Source: Raja brachyura (Eukaryota). Taken from it: a stretch of DNA of 64,000 nucleotides. Positions 45,801-54,800 of the stretch are shown here, one piece after another. The DNA lies in the NCBI GenBank assembly GCA_963514005.1, contig OY740810.1, forward strand, positions 14,570,001 through 14,634,000, written 5' to 3'. The position numbers and the translations under genes are program-made. Within the stretch, counting starts at the first letter, position 1. Each line of letters opens with the position of its first letter. Below the pieces are notes generated by a model, which was given only the letters and a program-made list of their open reading frames with translations, did no database searches and was not told the DNA's origin.

Positions 45801-48800
45801 TCCGTACAGTTCACACTCCGTACAGTTCACAGTTCTCAGCACCGAGCCTTGCGGTACCCCACTAGTCATTGCCTGCCATTCTGCCATAGTAACTAAACAC
45901 GTTGCTTTATGGATGTTAAACACTTCACTAACAGTCCTTCTTACAACTTTGTTTGCTACTGATATAATTGCAGAGGTTCAAATCAGTTCACTGATGCAGG
46001 TTGAGCAGACACATAATACTGTAGGATTTCAGCCCAACATCTTCTGTTATCGCAAAGTAATATATGGAAAGATCTGAGATGGTCTTCAAAATAACAATTC
46101 CTGATATACCATAATTGATTGTCTCTCCATCTATTTCACAGCCCAGAAAATATACAGGACACCAGAGTGTATGCCAACTGCACTTTCAGAAATGACTCTG
46201 ATCCTCAGAAAGTTAACAGAGTTAATGTGTACCGTGAGTTCAGAGGCAAGACGAGCGGCATCTCCACCTTAGGGGCTTATTTACTGGACAGTAACAGCCT
46301 CTTTGTGAATGGTATTTATAAATTACAGGATATGCTGTGTTGTTCATTTTAATTATATAAAATTGAGAATTTCATTAAAAGTAAATATATTTTAGTCTTG
46401 ACAATGATGACTTATTGTCTTTTTTAGGTTACAACGAACCCACAGCCCCAACCAGTGAGTACAGTTTCTGTTTCTATAAAGTATTTCACAAGTATTTCCT
46501 TGTCATGTAGTGCATTACAACTGTGAATATTCTTTCTTAAAACCTCACAAAATCTTATCAACCGCAACCTCCTCATTAGTGATGGCAGAAATGTGATATT
46601 GAGAAGAGTATTGAAGAGACACTGCACGGTAACAAGCCATCAATCCCGAGTCCACATCAACCATCAACAAGAGGATGAGATGTGACCAACCAATTGTCAC
46701 CAATGGCTTCGGCACCACTGCTAGCCAAACATTTTATCAGGAATATATCAGTTCTGTCCAATAGACCCACTAGTGCATTATGATTAACCCAAACATAACC
46801 TAATACATGTCATTATTATCCCCTTTAACAACTGTGGAAATTGTTGAAAGATAAATGATTGAAAGGTTAAACAAAATGGTGTGTGCTACGTCATCCGGAC
46901 CACTTTATGACAGACAAGTTCATTAATTGATCTGCAACTTGCTAGACCAGGAGTGCTAGATACCTGAAATTATAGCCATACCCCAAATTTGAAAACAAAT
47001 TTAATAAGGCTCAAAAATAATGTCAAGCTCAATGAAAAGGGGAGGTTGCTAGGAAATGATATAGCGTAATGGAAGGTCTCTGGTGAAAGATGCTCTAGTT
47101 CCAATAAAGTATGTAACAGACAAAACTATTGGATGCCAATATAATTGATTGCTCCTTTCCATCACACCGGCTCCCAAAATGTGCTTTCTATATTCCAGGT
47201 ACAGGATACAAATTATTCAGCAACAAGAGCTTTTAAAAAAATATTCTTCTGTTATTTTTCTTAACAGCAATGCCACCACCTCCGACCTCAAATCCCTTTG
47301 ATTTTAATGTGACCTTCACTGTAACTAACTTGGCCGCAACACCAAGTTTACAAAATCCCAATTCACGATTGTTCAGATCTGCAGCAAGTATTGTTGCTTT
47401 CCAGGTCAGTTGGCAAATTAATCATTGATGTAATTCATTAATTACTTGTGGGTTTATTTCATCTTAAACTCCATATGTTGCTTTCCTACAGCTGGACACA
47501 CTGTTCAATGCCAGTCAGCTCAACAAAACGTTCTCCAGCTGCAAGGTTATCTCATTCAGGTAAGGAATATTGATAATGATCCTGGTCAGTATTTGTTCCA
47601 GTGTTGCATGTGACTTTAGTAAGGTAAATGACACTGCAAAAGCATTTACATTTCTGTTTGATAATCTACAATGGTGCTTCCAAATCGTCAATATGCCAAT
47701 TGCAAGATTGTGCATAAGCTCATGAACATGCATTGATGCATCCTGGGGCATAATTGCATATCTGCACATCAGTTTGAAGCTTTGGACTACATCTGCATTG
47801 CCCTCAGGCACTGTCATCTACCCGAACAGAAGTTGGCCATAAGTACATTGAAGTTCTGTTACTGCATTGTCTGGGGTAAATTATATTTGCTTAGGTTTCA
47901 GGCCATCAAGTGTAGTGGTGAAAACTCACCTGAGAGAGATACTATCCATCATCAAAGCTCTCCCTTCAGACCTCCAGCACATTACCATAAACAAATACAG
48001 TATTTCAGTACCATTTAATTTCTCATGGACACTACAATAGTTTGGCTATATTGGACTTTGCACAAAATAATCCATACAAACTAATTCACAAATTGACATG
48101 TTGCCTGCAAATGTGTTAGTCATATCAGCCAGAACATTTCAGAATTAGGTCAGTGAAATGGATGATATCTTAAAATTTCCAAATAAAAACTCTAAATCCT
48201 CTTTTATGATTTATTTACTCCACAACTAATTTATTGCAAGATTGTTCTGAATGTATTAAGGGATCTCTAATAATGCTTTTGGAAAGAGTTTTGATGCTCT
48301 GAACATTAATAGACAAAAGGTGCAGGAGTAGGTCATTCATCCCTTCGAGCCAGCACCCCCATTCAATGTGATCATGGCTGATCATCCCCAATCAGTACCC
48401 TGTTCCCATCTTATCCCCATATCCTCTGACTCTGCTATCTTTAAGAGCCCTATAAAGCTCTCCCTTGAAAGTATCCAGAGAACCGGCCTCCTCCGCCCTC
48501 TGAGGCAGAGAATTCCACAGACTCACACTCTCTGTGTGAACATTCTTTTCCTCATCTCAGTTCTAAATGGCTTACCCCTTATTCTTAAACAGTGGCCCCT
48601 GGTTCTGGACTCTCCCAACATCGGGAACATGTTTCCTGCCTCTAGCGTGACCAAACCCTTAATAATTTTATATGTTTCAATAAGACCCCCTCTCATCCTT
48701 CTAAATTCCAGAGAATACAAGCCCAGCCGCTCCATTCTCTCAGCATATGATTCCCGCCGTCCCAGGAATTAACCTTGTGAAATGAATGATATCTTAAATG

Positions 48801-51800
48801 GCAAGAATTTCTGTCCACAAATTAGGGGTCCAAAACTACACACAATACTCCAGGTGTGGTCTCACTCGGGCCCTATACAACTGCAGAAGGACCTATTTGC
48901 TCCTATACTCAACTCCTCTTGTTATGAAGGCCAACATGCCATTCGCTTTCTTCACTGCCTAATGTACCTGCATGCTTACTTTTTATGACAGATGAACAAG
49001 GACCCCCAGATCCCTTTGTACTTCCCCTTTCCCAACTTGACACCATTTAGATAATAATCTGCCTTCCTGTTTTTGCTACCAAAGTGTACAACCTCACATT
49101 TATGCACATTAAACTGCATCTGCTCACTCACCCAACCTGTCCAAGTCACCTTGCATTCTCATAGCATCCTCCGTACAGTTCACACTCCGTACAGTTCACA
49201 GTTCTCAGCACCGAGCCTTGCGGTACCCCACTAGTCATTGCCTGCCATTCTGCCATAGTAACTAAACACGTTGCTTTATGGATGTTAAACACTTCACTAA
49301 CAGTCCTTCTTACAACTTTGTTTGCTACTGATATAATTGCAGAGGTTCAAATCAGTTCACTGATGCAGGTTGAGCAGACACATAATACTGTAGGATTTCA
49401 GCCCAACATCTTCTGTTATCGCAAAGTAATATATGGAAAGATCTGAGATGGTCTTCAAAATAACAATTCCTGATATACCATAATTGATTGTCTCTCCATC
49501 TATTTCACAGCCCAGAAAATATACAGGACACCAGAGTGTATGCCAACTGCACTTTCAGAAATGACTCTGATCCTCAGAAAGTTAACAGAGTTAATGTGTA
49601 CCGTGAGTTCAGAGGCAAGACGAGCGGCATCTCCACCTTAGGGGCTTATTTACTGGACAGTAACAGCCTCTTTGTGAATGGTATTTATAAATTACAGGAT
49701 ATGCTGTGTTGTTCATTTTAATTATATAAAATTGAGAATTTCATTAAAAGTAAATATATTTTAGTCTTGACAATGATGACTTATTGTCTTTTTTAGGTTA
49801 CAACGAACCCACAGCCCCAACCAGTGAGTACAGTTTCTGTTTCTATAAAGTATTTCACAAGTATTTCCTTGTCATGTAGTGCATTACAACTGTGAATATT
49901 CTTTATTAAAACCTCACAAAATCTTATCAACCGCAACCTCCTCATTAGTGATGGCAGAAATGTGATATTGAGAAGAGTATTGAAGAGACACTGCACGGTA
50001 ACAAGCCATCAATCCCGAGTCCACATCAACCATCAACAAGAGGATGAGATGTGACCAACCAATTGTCACCAATGGCTTCGGCACCACTGCTAGCCAAACA
50101 TTTTATCAGGAATATATCAGTTCTGTCCAATAGACCCACTAGTGCATTATGATTAACCCAAACATAACCTAATACATGTCATTATTATCCCCTTTAACAA
50201 CTGTGGAAATTGTTGAAAGATAAATGATTGAAAGGTTAAACAAAATGGTGTGTGCTACGTCATCCGGACCACTTTATGACAGACAAGTTCATTAATTGAT
50301 CTGCAACTTGCTAGACCAGGAGTGCTAGATACCTGAAATTATAGCCATACCCCAAATTTGAAAACAAATTTAATAAGGCTCAAAAATAATGTCAAGCTCA
50401 ATGAAAAGGGGAGGTTGCTAGGAAATGATATAGCGTAATGGAAGGTCTCTGGTGAAAGATGCTCTAGTTCCAATAAAGTATGTAACAGACAAAACTATTG
50501 GAAGCCAATATAATTGATTGCTCCTTTCCATCACACCGGCTCCCAAAATGTGCTTTCTATATTCCAGGTACAGGATACAAATTATTCAGCAACAAGAGCT
50601 TTTAAAAAAATATTTTTCTGTTATTTTTCTTAACAGCAATGCCACCACCTCCGACCTCAAAACCCTTTGATTTTAATGTGACCTTCACTGTAACTAACTT
50701 GGCCGCAACACCAAGTTTACAAAATCCCAATTCACAATTGTTCAGATCTGCAGCAAGTATTGTTGCTTTCCAGGTCAGTTGGCAAATTAATCATTGATGT
50801 AATTCATTAATTACTTGTGGGTTTATTTCATCTTAAACTCCATATGTTGCTTTCCTACAGCTGGACACACTGTTCAATGCCAGTCAGCTCAACAAAACGT
50901 TCTCCAGCTGCAAGGTTATCTCATTCAGGTAAGGAATATTGATAATGATCCTGGTCAGTATTTGTTCCAGTGTTGCATGTGACTTTAGTAAGGTAAATGA
51001 CACTGCAAAAGCATTTACATTTCTGTTTGATAATCTACAATGGTGCTTCCAAATCGTCAATATGCCAATTGCAAGATTGTGCATAAGCTCATGAACATGC
51101 ATTGATGCATCCTGGGGCATAATTGCATATCTGCACATCAGTTTGAAGCTTTGGACTACATCTGCATTGCCCTCAGGCACTGTCATCTACCCGAACAGAA
51201 GTTGGCCATAAGTACATTGAAGTTTTGTTACTGCATTGCCTGGGGGAAATTATACTTGGTTAGGTTTCAGGCCATCAAGTGTAGTGGTAGAAACTCACCT
51301 GAGAGAGATACTATCCATCATCAAAGCTCTCCCTCCAGACCTCCAGCACATTACCATAAACAAATACAGTATTTCAGTACAATTTAATTTCTAATGGACA
51401 CTACAATAGTTTGGCTACATTGGACTTTGCACAAAATAATCCATACAAACTACTTCACAAATTGACATGTTACCTGCAAATGTGCTAGTCATATCAGCCC
51501 CAACATTTCAGAATTAGGTCAGTGAAATGGATGATATCTTACATTTTCCAAATAAAAACTCTAAATCCTGTTTAATGATTTATTTACTCCACAACTAATT
51601 TATTGCAAGATTGCTCTGAATGTATTAAGGGCACCAGAGTGGTCTCTAATAATGCTTTTGGAAAGAGTTTTGATGCTCTGAACATTAATAGACAAAAGGT
51701 GCAGGAGTAGGTCATTCGGCCCTTCAAGCCAGCACTGATATTCAATGTGATCATGGCTGATCATCCCCAATCAGTACCACGTCCCCGCCTTCTCCCAATA

Positions 51801-54800
51801 TACCCTGACTCGCTATCTAGCTCTCCCTTGAAAGTATCCAGTGAACCGGCCTCCTGTGGCAGAGAATTCCACAGACTCACAACTCTCTGTGTGAAATTAT
51901 CTTTCCTCATCTCTCTTCTAAATGGCTTACCCCTTATTCTTAAACAGTGGCCTCTGGTTCTGGACTCCCCCAACATCTGGAACATGTTTCCTGCCTCTAG
52001 GGTGACCAAACCCTTAATCCTATATGTTTCAATCAGATGTCCTCTAATCCTTCTAAATTCCAGAGTATACAAGCCCAGCCGCTCCATTCTCTCAGCATAT
52101 GCCAGTCCCGCCATCCCAGGAATTAACCTTGTAAACCTAAGCTGCATTCCCTCAATGGCAAGAATGTCCTTCCACAAATTAGGGGACCAAAACTACGCAC
52201 AATACTCCAGGTGTGGTCTCACTAGGGCCATATACAACTGCAGAAGGACCTCTTTGCTCCTATACTCAACTCCTTGTGTTATGAAGGCCAACATGCCATT
52301 CGCTTTCTTCACTGCCTGATGTACCTGCAGGCTTACTTTAATTGGCTGATGAACAAGGACCCCCAGATCCCTTTGTACTTCCCCTTTTCCTAACTTGACA
52401 CCATTTAGATAATAATCTGCCTTCCTGTTTTTGCTACCAAAGTGTACAACCTCACATTTATGCACATTAAACTGCATCTGCCCACTCACCCAACCTGTCC
52501 AAGTCACCCTGCATTCTCATAGCATCCTCCGTACAGTTCACACTCCGTACAGTTCACAGTTCTCAGCACCGAGCCTTGCGGCACCCCACTAGTCACTGCC
52601 TGCCATTCTGCCATAGTAACGAAACACGTTGCTTTATGGATGTTAAACACTTCACTAACAGTCCTTCTTACAACTTTGTTTGCTTCTCATATAATTGCAG
52701 AGGTTCAAATCAGTTCACTGATGCATGTTGAGCAGACACATAATACTGTAGGATTTCAGCCGACATCTTCTGTTATCGCAAAGTAATATATGGAAAGATC
52801 TGAGATGGTCTTTCAAATAACAATTCCTGATAAACCATAATTGATTGTCTCTCCATCTATTTCACAGCCCAAAAAATATACAGGACACCAGAGTGTATGC
52901 CAACTGCACTTTCAGAAATGACTCTGATCCTCAGAAAGTTAACAGAGTTAATGTGTACCGTGAGTTCAGAGGCAAGACGAGCGGCATCTCCACCTTAGGG
53001 GCTTATTTACTGGACAGTAACAGCCTCTTTGTGAATGGTATTTATAATTTACAGGATATGCTGTTTTGTTCATTTTAATTATATAAAATTGAGAATTTCA
53101 TTAAAAGTAAATATACTTTAGTCTTTACAATGATGACTTATTATCTGTTTTTTTTAGGTTACAACGAACTCACAGCCTCAACCAGTGAGTACAGTTTCTG
53201 TTTCTATAAAGTATTTCACAAGTATTTCCTTGTCGTGTAGTGCGTAACAACTGTGAATATTCTTTCTTAAAACCTCACAAAATCTTATCAACCGCCACCT
53301 CCTCATTAGTGATGGCAGAAATGTGATATTGAGAAGAGTATTGAAGAGATACTGCACGGTAACAAGTTATCAATCCCGCGTCTACATCAACTATCAACAT
53401 CATGATGAGATGTGACCAACCAATTGTCACCTATGGCTTTGGCACCACTGCTAGCCAAACATTTTATCAGGAACATATCAGTTCTGTCCAATAGACACCC
53501 TAGTGCATTTTGATTAACCCTAATCATGACCTAATACATCAGTCATTATTATCCACTTTAACAACTGTGGAAATTGTTGAAAGATAAATGATTGAAAGGT
53601 TAAAAAAAATTGTGTGTGCTACGCCATCCGCATAAAAGTTCATGGATTGATCTGCAACTTGCTAGACACCTGAAATTATACGCATACCCCACATTTGGCT
53701 TTCTATATTCCAGGTAGAGGATACAAATTATTTAGCAACAAGAGTTTTAAAACAAATATTCTTCTGTTATTTTTCTTAACAGCAATGGCACCCATTCCGA
53801 CAATAAATCCCTTTGATTTTAATGTGACCTTCACTATAACTAACTTGGCCGCAACAGCAAGTTTACGAGATCCCAATGCACCATTGTACAAATCTGCAGC
53901 AAGTATTGTTGCTTTCCAGGTCAGTTGGCAAATTAATGATTGATATAATTCATTAATTACTTGTGAGTTTATTTCATCTTAAACTCCATATGTTGCTTTC
54001 CTACAGCTGGACACACTGTTCAATGCCAGTCAGCTCAACAAAATGTTCTCCAGCTGCAAGGTTATCTCATTCAGGTAAGGAATATTGATAATGATCCTGG
54101 TCAGTATTTACTCCAATGTTGCATGTGACTTTAGTAAGGTAAATGACACTGCAAGAGCATTGCTCTGAATGGATTAAGGGCACCAGAGTGGTCTCTAATA
54201 ATCCTTTTGGAAATAGTTTTGATGCTCTGAACATTAATAGACAAAAGGTGCAGGAGTTGGTCATTCAGCCCTTCGAGCCAATCTTAATAAGGGTAGACAG
54301 ACAAAATATAGGGTGGATATTTCCTTGGCTGAGGAGTCTATGTCCTGGGGCACAGTGAAAATAAGGGTTAGGCTGATTACAACCAAGGGGAAGAAAAGTT
54401 ATTTCACTTGTATGACGCAATTTTAGAATTCTCGACAATGTAGAGCAGTGGAATCATGATCATTGTCATCATTCAACTGGTTTGATTCTGGGGTAATTTT
54501 GAGAACATGGGTAAAATTGTGTTGATGGATTGTTAAAGGTTACATAAGAACATCCATACTACTGTAAGTAAATTATTCATGTGAACAAATTCATTTCTCG
54601 AATACCTCAACAATAAGCAAATCATCAAACTCCATGATTTCCAAAATCTACTGTCTATCTGTTGTAATACAAGCTGACCTTAACCCTAATTTAAATATCA
54701 AGGATAGTAGGTTACTCCAAGTCAGCTTTCAAAACTGGGTTTGATACTCTGGAGGTTACCTATATCTACACATATCGGTTTGTACTTGTCAAACACTTTA

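Larger units (their letters stand above)
37115..54280. repeat. Tandem array 2: ~5 units, 3369-bp period in the core
   Basis: Exon C at 39404, 42773, 46142, 49511 (exact 3369 steps) and 52868; near-identical introns. Confidence 0.96.

Noticed and set aside
1-54280. Regular repeats as CRISPR or non-coding satellite
   Set aside because: Units are kb-scale with no repeat-spacer structure and contain intact spliced exons
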